This document shows, in pieces, positions 17,256-25,097 of a DNA stretch of 44,105 nt (within the stretch, counting starts at the first letter, position 1; each line of letters begins with the position of its first letter). A model generated the notes under the pieces. It was not told the DNA's origin. It searched no databases and worked only from the letters and a program-made list of their open reading frames with translations. Source of the DNA: Candidatus Omnitrophota bacterium (GTDB lineage Bacteria > Omnitrophota > Gorgyraeia > Zapsychrales > Fredricksoniimonadaceae); the NCBI GenBank assembly GCA_015233375.1, contig JADFXW010000002.1, forward strand, positions 1 through 44,105. Reading direction: 5' to 3'. Both the position numbers and the translations under genes were made by a program.

Positions 17256-18411
17256 AATAAATCAACCCCTCATCCTCAAAAAAACTTTTCTTGGTAAACC
17301 GCCCTTGCTTTAAGCCCTGTTGATAAAACGCCGTACCAGGCAATATCACAAGCTTATTGGTCCTCACCGTCACTCCAGACCCCATCTTTTGAAGGACTGA
17401 TAAGGTCTTATCCCTGTCCTTTTTTGTCTCCCCAGGATTTCCGTTTGTCATCATCACCTCAACATGAAGCCTTGCCTCTTTAGCCCAACGCACGGCATTT
17501 AATATTTCTTCAGACCCATATTTCTTTCCCAATTTCTTTAAAACACGCACTGAAGCAGATTCCACCCCAAAAGAAACAGCCCTGCAATGAGAATGGGCCA
17601 TCAATAAAAGCAGTTTTCTGCTGACCGAATCCACACACAACGAACATTCCCAAATAAAGCTCCCATTAATTTTCCGTAACCCTTCGCAAAGCTCAACTAA
17701 ACGCTTCTTGTCCCAGGCCAAATCTTCATCAAGAAACCTAACCCTTTGAGCATGATGGATTTCAACTAATTCCTTAATCTCATCTAATACATGAACAATA
17801 CTTCTGGCCCTTACCCCTTGCCCCCAAAGCACATGACGGTCACAAAAAACACAGTGATGCCTGCATCCTCTTGACGTCATGATAGAGACCGGACGATGCC
17901 CTTGTTTGTATAAGCAGGTCCCGATGGGTGGGATATCATCTAAATCCTTAAAAACACGCCTTGAGGTCTCGACCATTGTGTTTTCTTTTAAATAACATAT
18001 ATTCGGCACCTTGGGGCATACGCCTTTATGAAGCAGCATAGGCAGCACAAATTCAGGATCAGATAAAACAACAACATCTGCTAATTGACGCAACAAAATC
18101 TCCTCTTTAAACACAGAGGCAAACGGACCAAAAACAATGATACAAGACGGAGGATTCTTCCTCTGACGCATCTTGTGCATATGAGCAAAGACATTGGACT
18201 TGTTTCCAAAAAAGAGGGCATAACAACAAACATCCGTTTTCAACTTCTTGGCATGGACGCGAGGCATCTCTTTCCTCGGTAAAAAATCCACCATCCTTGC
18301 ATCAAATCCATTTTTAAGAAGTGATAGAAAAACACCTGCGGCACTGTAACGCATAAGCCCTGAGCCGCCGCATTCTGGACGAGTGTTATCTAAAAGAATG
18401 ACCTCAATCAA
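17242..18411 (-). CDS. B12-binding-domain (class B) radical SAM protein
   Basis: TSRGCRHHCVFCDRH carries CX3CX2C after an N-terminal flavodoxin-like region of about 170 aa (IIVFGPFAS..), as in cobalamin-dependent radical SAM enzymes. Confidence 0.8.
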   Translation of the reverse strand: MIEVILLDNTRPECGGSGLMRYSAAGVFLSLLKNGFDARMVDFLPRKEMPRVHAKKLKTDVCCYALFFGNKSNVFAHMHKMRQRKNPPSCIIVFGPFASVFKEEILLRQLADVVVLSDPEFVLPMLLHKGVCPKVPNICYLKENTMVETSRRVFKDLDDIPPIGTCLYKQGHRPVSIMTSRGCRHHCVFCDRHVLWGQGVRARSIVHVLDEIKELVEIHHAQRVRFLDEDLAWDKKRLVELCEGLRKINGSFIWECSLCVDSVSRKLLLLMAHSHCRAVSFGVESASVRVLKKLGKKYGSEEILNAVRWAKEARLHVEVMMTNGNPGETKKDRDKTLSVLQKMGSGVTVRTNKLVILPGTAFYQQGLKQGRFTKKSFFEDEGLIYYEDV

Positions 18412-18415
18412 TGTC

Positions 18416-19840
18416 TTATGCCCCTACTCTATAGTAAAGTGTTGTTAACCAATTATTGGCGTAGGCTTCAAGCCAAGATTGGCGTTTACTGTAATCACAC
18501 CGAGGGTCATATTGGCTAATAAAACGCTTCCGAAGCCGCCGTAAAAAATCCGGCTTAAACAAAACCCTTGAAAGAACAACATATTCACGGACGCGTTCAA
18601 ATTCCCATGGACCAGTAAATTTCCATACACTTTTTGAACAAGCAATCAGGCCTTGTTTCTTTAAATATTCCAAACCTTCCTGACAATGGTCAAGTACGCC
18701 CATGCCAAAACGTTTCAAGAAACCTTGAGATTTAAGCCCCTCGGTTATCATCGCCATGGCCGCGAAATGAGACATCACGTAAGTCTTATCTTCTGGACAG
18801 GCGTCAACGCCTGAGAAATCAGACATGGAGTCAAGGCCACGTGTCCGATAAAAAATGGATCCTGGAAACTGCCCCATAACCAAGGGGCCAAAACCAACCA
18901 CTGCTGCTTCCATACGCGTATACAATTCTTCCTGATATTCTTCTCCTTCACTATCAAGGGCATAGCTGCCAAGCCCTTTGCGTTTAAAACCAGCTTTCTG
19001 AAGAATAGCTATTGCTGTTTTTATAATAGCGTCCCGTCTCTTAATAAAATCCAAAACCTCTTCTGATGGAGCACATAATGCTTTAAGATTTTTTCCGCAA
19101 TAAGGATAAACATGGACGATATTAACTCCTTCATCAAGAAGCATTTTAAGGTCTTTCTTAATCCCTTGGACCGTCTGATACGGCAAGCCAGCGATAAGAT
19201 CTGCATTCACATGAGGCACCCCAGCCTTCAGGGCAGAACGCACACACCAAAGCACTTGTTTTTTAGTCTGAAAGCGTGCCACTTGTTTGATAATCTTTTC
19301 ATCAAGAGACTGAACCCCAATACTCAAACGAAATAATCCTCGCTTCACCAACACATCCAGTTTAGCTTGACTTAAAGAAGAAGGATTTGCTTCAAAAAGA
19401 ATTTTACGCTCCCTTACAGGAAAATTCTTATCCAACGCATCTAAAACAGTATCTAACTGGCTTTCATCAAGAATGGATGGCGTCCCCCCTCCAAAACAAA
19501 GGGTGGACGTATCCATGCCTTTTAAAACAGGAGAAAAGAATTTCATCTGATTCTTTAAGGAAGTGATATAGGCATCAATGTCCAAAGGCTGTTTCAATAC
19601 ACGCCTTGCACAATAACAAAACGCGCATGAGTTCTCACAAAACGGGACATGGACATACAAATGGGCCTTGGCAATAGATTGGACAAAAACATCATTTTCT
19701 CGTGAATTGTTAATAGATCGAGCGACATCCTCCCACTTCGAAGAAGTTGCCAATACCCCAATCAGAGAATCTTCGCTTGTCAAAGGCTTGATCTCGTTTA
19801 AAAAAAATAAAAAATTGCGCAAGTCTTTATCGTTAGACAT
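18416..19840 (-). CDS. HemN-like (class C) radical SAM protein
   Basis: HVPFCENSCAFCYC and CFGGGTPSIL. The ORF track extends to 19891. I prefer the ATG at 19840 (MSNDKDLRNFLFFLNEI), which aligns with the paralog start MNHNSSDSEKKNFLFFLNKV and removes the 37-nt overlap. Confidence 0.8.
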   Translation of the reverse strand: MSNDKDLRNFLFFLNEIKPLTSEDSLIGVLATSSKWEDVARSINNSRENDVFVQSIAKAHLYVHVPFCENSCAFCYCARRVLKQPLDIDAYITSLKNQMKFFSPVLKGMDTSTLCFGGGTPSILDESQLDTVLDALDKNFPVRERKILFEANPSSLSQAKLDVLVKRGLFRLSIGVQSLDEKIIKQVARFQTKKQVLWCVRSALKAGVPHVNADLIAGLPYQTVQGIKKDLKMLLDEGVNIVHVYPYCGKNLKALCAPSEEVLDFIKRRDAIIKTAIAILQKAGFKRKGLGSYALDSEGEEYQEELYTRMEAAVVGFGPLVMGQFPGSIFYRTRGLDSMSDFSGVDACPEDKTYVMSHFAAMAMITEGLKSQGFLKRFGMGVLDHCQEGLEYLKKQGLIACSKSVWKFTGPWEFERVREYVVLSRVLFKPDFLRRLRKRFISQYDPRCDYSKRQSWLEAYANNWLTTLYYRVGA

Positions 19841-19854
19841 CTTTCTTAGCCTCT

Positions 19855-21288
19855 TTACACCCCCATTTGATAATACAATGCCATCAGCCAATGATTCGAA
19901 AAAGAATGAAGCAGGGTCTTCCCTTTCCTGTAATCCGTCCCTGGATTATATTGCTTAGCATAACGCTTTTGAAGCTTTAATAAAAAATCTTCACCATATA
20001 AAACCCGAGAAAGAGCGATATACTCCCGAAGGTGTTCTATCTCCCAAGAGGCTGAAAACTTCCACACTCCTTTGAAAGAGCCCACTAAACCTAAAGATTT
20101 AAGATAATTTAAGCCCCCTTTGCATGCCTGTTTCAAAGAAACCCCAAATCTATTTAAAAAAACTTTTTCATCAAGACCGTCCGTAATGATTGCCATTATC
20201 GCATAACGAGCCATCACGAAACTTAAATCTTGTGGACAAGCCTCAAGGCTGTTAAAACCATTATCTTGACCTGAAGGCTTGGTCCTGTAAAAGAGGGCGC
20301 CAGGAAATTGGCCTATAGAATACGCCCCAAAACCAAGCACCGCTGATTCAAGACGTGTATACGCTTCTTCCTGATGATCTTCTCCGGCTTGATTCAGGGC
20401 ATAAGCACCTAGCCCTTTGCGTTTAAACCCGGAAGCTTTCAAAACCTTTGCGGCTTCATGCATCATGTCTGAACGTCTTTTAAAGAAATCAACAAACGTC
20501 TCTTGAGGACCACACAATTCATTGACAGGTAAACTGCTAAAGGGATGAACATGAACAATGTTAGCCCCTTCTTGAACAACTTTCTTAATATCCTCCAGAA
20601 GCCCTTGGATGCTCTGGCCTGGTAACCCGGACATCAAATCCACATTCACATAAGGAACGCCCGCAGCTCTGGCTACATATAAAGATGATAAAACTTTTTG
20701 CCTGGTCTGTGAACGAGCCACCTGTTTTAAGACGCAAGCCTCTAGCGACTCAACCCCCATACTCAAACGATAAAGTCCCCTATCCAATAAAAGGTCCAGT
20801 TTTGACCTTGTCCAAGAAGAAGGGTGTGTCTCAAAAAAGATTTTACGCCTCTGGACAGGATATGCGGCATCAGCCGCATCAAGAAGGAAGGTTATTTGTT
20901 TTTCATCCAAGAGAGACGGGGTCCCTCCACCAAAACAGATGTGAGATGCATCCATTCCCTCACAAGCCTTGGATTGACGTTCCATCTGGCGTGCAACGGC
21001 GTGAATATAAAGATCCAAATCCCTCTTGCTTTTAAGTAATCCTCGGGCACAATGGCAAAACTTACACAATCTCTCGCAAAAAGGCACGTGCACATATAAT
21101 TGCAGCTTCTTAATGGATGAAACAAAAGAAGAGGTTCGTCTTGCCTTTTGAAGCAGACCTGCCAGGCTACTCCATCTGGCAGGCCGCGTCAAAGCGCCAA
21201 TCACAGGGTCCTCAATGCTGGGCGGATGAACCTTATTAAGGAAAAATAAGAAGTTCTTTTTTTCTGAGTCTGATGAATTGTGATTCAT
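19855..21288 (-). CDS. HemN-like (class C) radical SAM protein, paralog of 18416..19840
   Basis: HVPFCERLCKFCHC and CFGGGTPSLL. Colinear similarity with the downstream paralog along the whole length. Confidence 0.8.
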   Translation of the reverse strand: MNHNSSDSEKKNFLFFLNKVHPPSIEDPVIGALTRPARWSSLAGLLQKARRTSSFVSSIKKLQLYVHVPFCERLCKFCHCARGLLKSKRDLDLYIHAVARQMERQSKACEGMDASHICFGGGTPSLLDEKQITFLLDAADAAYPVQRRKIFFETHPSSWTRSKLDLLLDRGLYRLSMGVESLEACVLKQVARSQTRQKVLSSLYVARAAGVPYVNVDLMSGLPGQSIQGLLEDIKKVVQEGANIVHVHPFSSLPVNELCGPQETFVDFFKRRSDMMHEAAKVLKASGFKRKGLGAYALNQAGEDHQEEAYTRLESAVLGFGAYSIGQFPGALFYRTKPSGQDNGFNSLEACPQDLSFVMARYAIMAIITDGLDEKVFLNRFGVSLKQACKGGLNYLKSLGLVGSFKGVWKFSASWEIEHLREYIALSRVLYGEDFLLKLQKRYAKQYNPGTDYRKGKTLLHSFSNHWLMALYYQMGV

Positions 21289-22436
21289 TTTTGCCTTGAA
21301 AAACTCAAATAAAATTTCCCTTTAAGCAGTCCTTTCTTTTGATAAAGCATAAACAAATCTTTTTTCAGCAACGCCTGGTTACCCGGACACTTAGGGAATA
21401 TTTGCGAGGCTTCTGTTAATCGATTATCCTGATACTCGACGAAATCAACATTATCAAAAAACCTCGCTAAATGAAGACACTTCTTAAAATCTTCCATCGT
21501 TTCTGTCGGGAAATTAATAATAAAGTGAGACTCCAGGCGGATCTTGGAATTATAAGCTTTAATCTCTTTGATGGTCTTCATCATCAATGAAAGAGAATAG
21601 GAACGTTTCATCAGTTTCAGGATTCGACTCGATCCACTTTGCAATGGAGTCAATAAATACGTGATTCTTTTATCCAAAATATGTTTCTTTAAAAAAGGAT
21701 AATATTTTAAGAATAAAGACGGATAAAAATTAAATAACCCTATCTTAATCCTTTTATCAATCCTCAAGATTTCATCCACCAACTCCACAATATTGGCGCC
21801 ACTATCATGCCCCCAACAACCGCAATCATCCGCAATCAACATCACCTCAAAACTTTTTTCTTTAATAAATCTCTTAATATCTTCAAGGATGTCCTTTTGA
21901 CAGCGGCTTTGAAGGGCTCCTTTCGCAATTTTAATATTACAATACGAACATTTATTCAAACAACCTTGCGCTATCAACAAAGGCCTTAAAGCCTTTTTCC
22001 CTACATAAGAAACAGTACACATTGAAGCTGAAACATCCTCTATCCTGACCCTATAATCAAAATAATCCGAAAATTGATGAATAGACCCAGGAGGGATTAA
22101 AATATGCCCGCTTTTTCTGATATCTTCAGACACCTTGCATAAACACCCAAACACAATCACCTTCTTTGGAGCTTTTACGAATTGATTAATATAGTTGTTA
22201 TTGATTTTGGCAAAGGCATCCGTAATGCCACAGGTATTAAAAATAAGGATATCTGCATGACTCGGACGTTTTACAACCGTATAATCATTCAATTTCAAAA
22301 ACAATGCGATTTTCTGAAAAAGCAGTGAACTCGACGCACACGACATCAGTCCACTGGCAGATACAGCATCCAATAAACAGACCCTCTGTGAGGCATCAAA
22401 TTTTCTCACGGATACCACCTTTAAGCGATGAGTCAT
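21285..22436 (-). CDS. MiaB/RimO-like methylthiotransferase-family radical SAM protein (no evident TRAM domain)
   Basis: N-terminal UPF0004-like Cys positions (RVCLLD, FNTCGITD, FGCLCK). Radical SAM motif AQGCLNKCSYCNIK. Paralog of the C-terminal half of 22396..24897. Confidence 0.7.
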   Translation of the reverse strand: MTHRLKVVSVRKFDASQRVCLLDAVSASGLMSCASSSLLFQKIALFLKLNDYTVVKRPSHADILIFNTCGITDAFAKINNNYINQFVKAPKKVIVFGCLCKVSEDIRKSGHILIPPGSIHQFSDYFDYRVRIEDVSASMCTVSYVGKKALRPLLIAQGCLNKCSYCNIKIAKGALQSRCQKDILEDIKRFIKEKSFEVMLIADDCGCWGHDSGANIVELVDEILRIDKRIKIGLFNFYPSLFLKYYPFLKKHILDKRITYLLTPLQSGSSRILKLMKRSYSLSLMMKTIKEIKAYNSKIRLESHFIINFPTETMEDFKKCLHLARFFDNVDFVEYQDNRLTEASQIFPKCPGNQALLKKDLFMLYQKKGLLKGKFYLSFSRQK

Positions 22437-24897
22437 TCAATACAAATTCTCCCTTAACCAGCCCCTTTTTCTTTGCAAATTCAAATATCCTTTTTTTTGC
22501 CTCCAGCTCCTCCAAAGAACACTTGGGTCGTATGCGACACGCTGGTGTTTGGGCATTTTCTCCGTACTCAATAAAGTTAGCATAATCAAAATACTTTGCT
22601 AAACCCAAGCTCTTTTTAAAGTCACTAGCTGTTTCTGTTGGGAAGTTGACCATAAAATGCGTGTATAACTGAATACCTGGATTGAGGCGTTTTATTTCTT
22701 GGACCTTGTCCATCATGGACGAAAGATTATAGGCTCGATTCATCAGTTTAAGTATCCTGAAAGAGGCGCTTTGTAAAGGAAGCAGCAAATACGTAATCCT
22801 TTTTTTCGCAATATGCTTTTTGAGACTTGAGTAATATTTTAAAAACAGGCTTGGATACATATTATAAATTTTTATCGTAATCTTTTCATGAGCTTTGAGA
22901 ATATTATCAATCAGATCAACAATATTCAAACCATTCTCATGCCCCCAACTTCCGCAATCCTCGGCAATCAGAAATATCTCATAACTTTTATCCTTAATAA
23001 ACAACTTGACCTCATGAAGAATCTCTTCAAGAGCCCGGCTTTTGACATCCCCTTTGGCGATCTTAATATTGCAATATGAGCATTTGTTGACGCAACCTTG
23101 GGCAATGACCAGGGGTCTGGCAGAAGCAAACGCCTGCGACGAAGGTATTTCTTTAATGCTTATCGTGTTTTCAAAATAATCAGAAAACTTATCAATTTCT
23201 GTTGAACCAATTAATAAGCACCCGCTCTTTTGGACCTCTGGTGATATCTTGCCCAAACAACCAAAAATAATCATCGTCTTTTGGGCTTTGGCGTATCTTT
23301 TGATAAAATCAAGATTGGTTTGGGCCCAGGCATCTGTCAAGCCGCAGGTATTAAAAAGAACAATATCCGCCTCCGGTACAGATTCCACCAGTCTATAACC
23401 ATTTAGCTTAAAAAATAATTTAATCCGTTCAAAAAATACAGAGCTTGAAAAACAATACCTCTTGTCATTAGCATATAATATGTCTAATAAACAAATTTTC
23501 TGCTGACGGTTAAACTGGCCCTGAATCTTTTTGGGAGTCATCCGTAATGCGTGTGTTTTGTTTGTTTTATAATAGTCTGGATCTTTAATGATACGACAGT
23601 ATCCCTGGATACGTTTGGCAGGCATCGACTGAGTATAAATAGGAAAATCGGGGCCGTTGTCTTTAAGCCAATAAGCCTCATCAAACCCCTCTTTAATCGC
23701 TTGATAATAAAGCTTGCCGCCTGGCATGATTTGCAAAGGCCTGACATGAAGTTTTATTTCCGGACGTAATTGCTTACGGAAAGAATACGTTTGGGCGACT
23801 GTTGAAGCGTCTTCACCAGGGAATCCAATTATCAAATTAGCATCAGCCTCAATAGCACTTTCGATGGTCAAATTAAGGTTTTTAACAGCAATCTCTGGTG
23901 AAAAATTCCGGCCTATGGCAGGCAATAGATGGCGGCAAAAGGAATCGACCCCATAATAAATCCTGCGGCAGCCCGCAGCCCTCATCGCTTGAAGCACTTC
24001 TTTGTCCACCAGATCAACCCTTGTCGATGTGGTCCACTCCAAAAAAGGAGATTCTTTCCTTAAAATATCACAAAATTCAAAGACCCGCTTTTTGTTAATA
24101 GTAAAATTGGTATCACAAAAAAAGACCTGCCTTGGACCAAAGAATCTATAAAGTTTGTGAACATACTCCAAGGCCTGTTTCGGACTTCTTTGAATGACTC
24201 GGCGTTCATCCTGGGCCATGCGGCTACAAAATAGACATCTATAAACGCAACCCCTGGCTGTTTCAACAGGAAGAGCGGAGATCATCGTATCCTTTGATTT
24301 CCAGGCTGGCAGGCCATCAATAAAAAAATCCTTAAAATCAAAAACCAAATCCCTATTCAGATCATCCTCAAGCAGACGCTGTGGGTTTTGATAAATGCGG
24401 TTTTTCTTATCCCGCCAGGTCAAACCACGAACAGAACTCATGGGGCTTTGATGAATGATGTTATTGATAACTTCTAAAAATGCACCCTCTGCGTACCCTC
24501 TCATGATCATGTCCACATCAGGATAATGCTTCATGATCTGAGTATCAAGAAAGGTGGCATGAGGCCCACCTAACACAACCTTGATTCCTGGGCTAACCTT
24601 CTTAACAATTTGAGCCAGCTCAAAACAGGCAAACCGGCTTTGAGTAAAACAGGTGATCCCAACAATATCCGGAACATAGGTACGGATAATTTCTTCAATT
24701 TTCTCAAGGGTATGATCTGGTTGATAATAAATATGGACAGGGCTCTGATACTCTAACCGAATCGCATTAGCTAAGGCAAAAACACCCAGAGGAAACCACT
24801 CCTCACGGCCAGATGTGCCAAACAAATCCTCGCCACCCAAATGCGGGTAAGGAGGAGAAAAAAATAAAACACGTAAACCCTTGTTAGCCTTTGACAC
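22396..24897 (-). CDS. Fusion protein: B12-binding radical SAM domain (N) plus MiaB-like radical SAM domain (C)
   Basis: 833 aa. The N-terminal half has VVLGGPHATF and ETARGCVYRCLFCSRM. The C-terminal half has FNTCGLTDAW, FGCLGK and AQGCVNKCSYCNIK. GTG start at 24895-24897, preceded by TAAGGAG. Confidence 0.8.
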   Translation of the reverse strand: MSKANKGLRVLFFSPPYPHLGGEDLFGTSGREEWFPLGVFALANAIRLEYQSPVHIYYQPDHTLEKIEEIIRTYVPDIVGITCFTQSRFACFELAQIVKKVSPGIKVVLGGPHATFLDTQIMKHYPDVDMIMRGYAEGAFLEVINNIIHQSPMSSVRGLTWRDKKNRIYQNPQRLLEDDLNRDLVFDFKDFFIDGLPAWKSKDTMISALPVETARGCVYRCLFCSRMAQDERRVIQRSPKQALEYVHKLYRFFGPRQVFFCDTNFTINKKRVFEFCDILRKESPFLEWTTSTRVDLVDKEVLQAMRAAGCRRIYYGVDSFCRHLLPAIGRNFSPEIAVKNLNLTIESAIEADANLIIGFPGEDASTVAQTYSFRKQLRPEIKLHVRPLQIMPGGKLYYQAIKEGFDEAYWLKDNGPDFPIYTQSMPAKRIQGYCRIIKDPDYYKTNKTHALRMTPKKIQGQFNRQQKICLLDILYANDKRYCFSSSVFFERIKLFFKLNGYRLVESVPEADIVLFNTCGLTDAWAQTNLDFIKRYAKAQKTMIIFGCLGKISPEVQKSGCLLIGSTEIDKFSDYFENTISIKEIPSSQAFASARPLVIAQGCVNKCSYCNIKIAKGDVKSRALEEILHEVKLFIKDKSYEIFLIAEDCGSWGHENGLNIVDLIDNILKAHEKITIKIYNMYPSLFLKYYSSLKKHIAKKRITYLLLPLQSASFRILKLMNRAYNLSSMMDKVQEIKRLNPGIQLYTHFMVNFPTETASDFKKSLGLAKYFDYANFIEYGENAQTPACRIRPKCSLEELEAKKRIFEFAKKKGLVKGEFVLNDSSLKGGIREKI

Positions 24898-24920
24898 TTA
24901 TTGCTCCTTAACACGCGTTT

Positions 24921-24949
24921 GATATAAGGCTTGGAAATTTTTTTATCAA
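24921..24949 (-). promoter_or_regulatory. Candidate sigma70-type promoter for the radical-SAM operon
   Basis: The minus strand reads TTGATA, 17 nt, TATATC, about 25 nt upstream of the SD and GTG start. The -35 overlaps the foot of the 24947..25057 palindrome. Confidence 0.4.
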
Positions 24950-25057
24950 CTACTGTTGCCCCGCCAATCTTCGTCACCGATTCTGAAAGACAGCCCGAAG
25001 GGCGTTGTCTTTCTGAAAAATTAGAAAAGATTGGCGGAAAAAGGCAACCCGTAGTTG
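24947..25057. repeat. 111-nt imperfect palindrome in the divergent control region
   Basis: Paired segments are CAACTAC/GTAGTTG, GTTGCC/GGCAAC, CCGCCAATCTT/AAGATTGGCGG and GAAAGACA..GCCC-gaa-GGGC..TGTCTTTC. Not obviously related to E1-E4. Confidence 0.75.
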
Positions 25058-25083
25058 AAAAAACAACTTCTAACCCTTATAGC
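25055..25083 (+). promoter_or_regulatory. Candidate sigma70-type promoter for the asnB-like/GT operon
   Basis: TTGAAA, 17 nt, TATAGC, ending about 14 nt before the ATG at 25098 (a very short leader with no SD). The -35 overlaps the other foot of the palindrome. Confidence 0.35.
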
Positions 25084-25097
25084 GAACACACTAGCTT

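Noticed and set aside
2139-24897. RiPP (peptide natural product) cluster, given the many radical-SAM/SPASM enzymes
   Set aside because: Nearly all gene junctions overlap or are under 60 nt, leaving no space for a precursor peptide gene. No RRE-like domain, protease or peptide exporter was recognised. The neighbours are sugar- and envelope-modifying enzymes. Precursors encoded elsewhere cannot be excluded.
24975-25020. Hammerhead-like CUGA..GAAA motifs in the divergent-region palindrome (TTCTGAAAGACAGCCCGAAGGGCG)
   Set aside because: The sequence reads CUGAAAG, not CUGANGA, and the required three-stem junction cannot be drawn.
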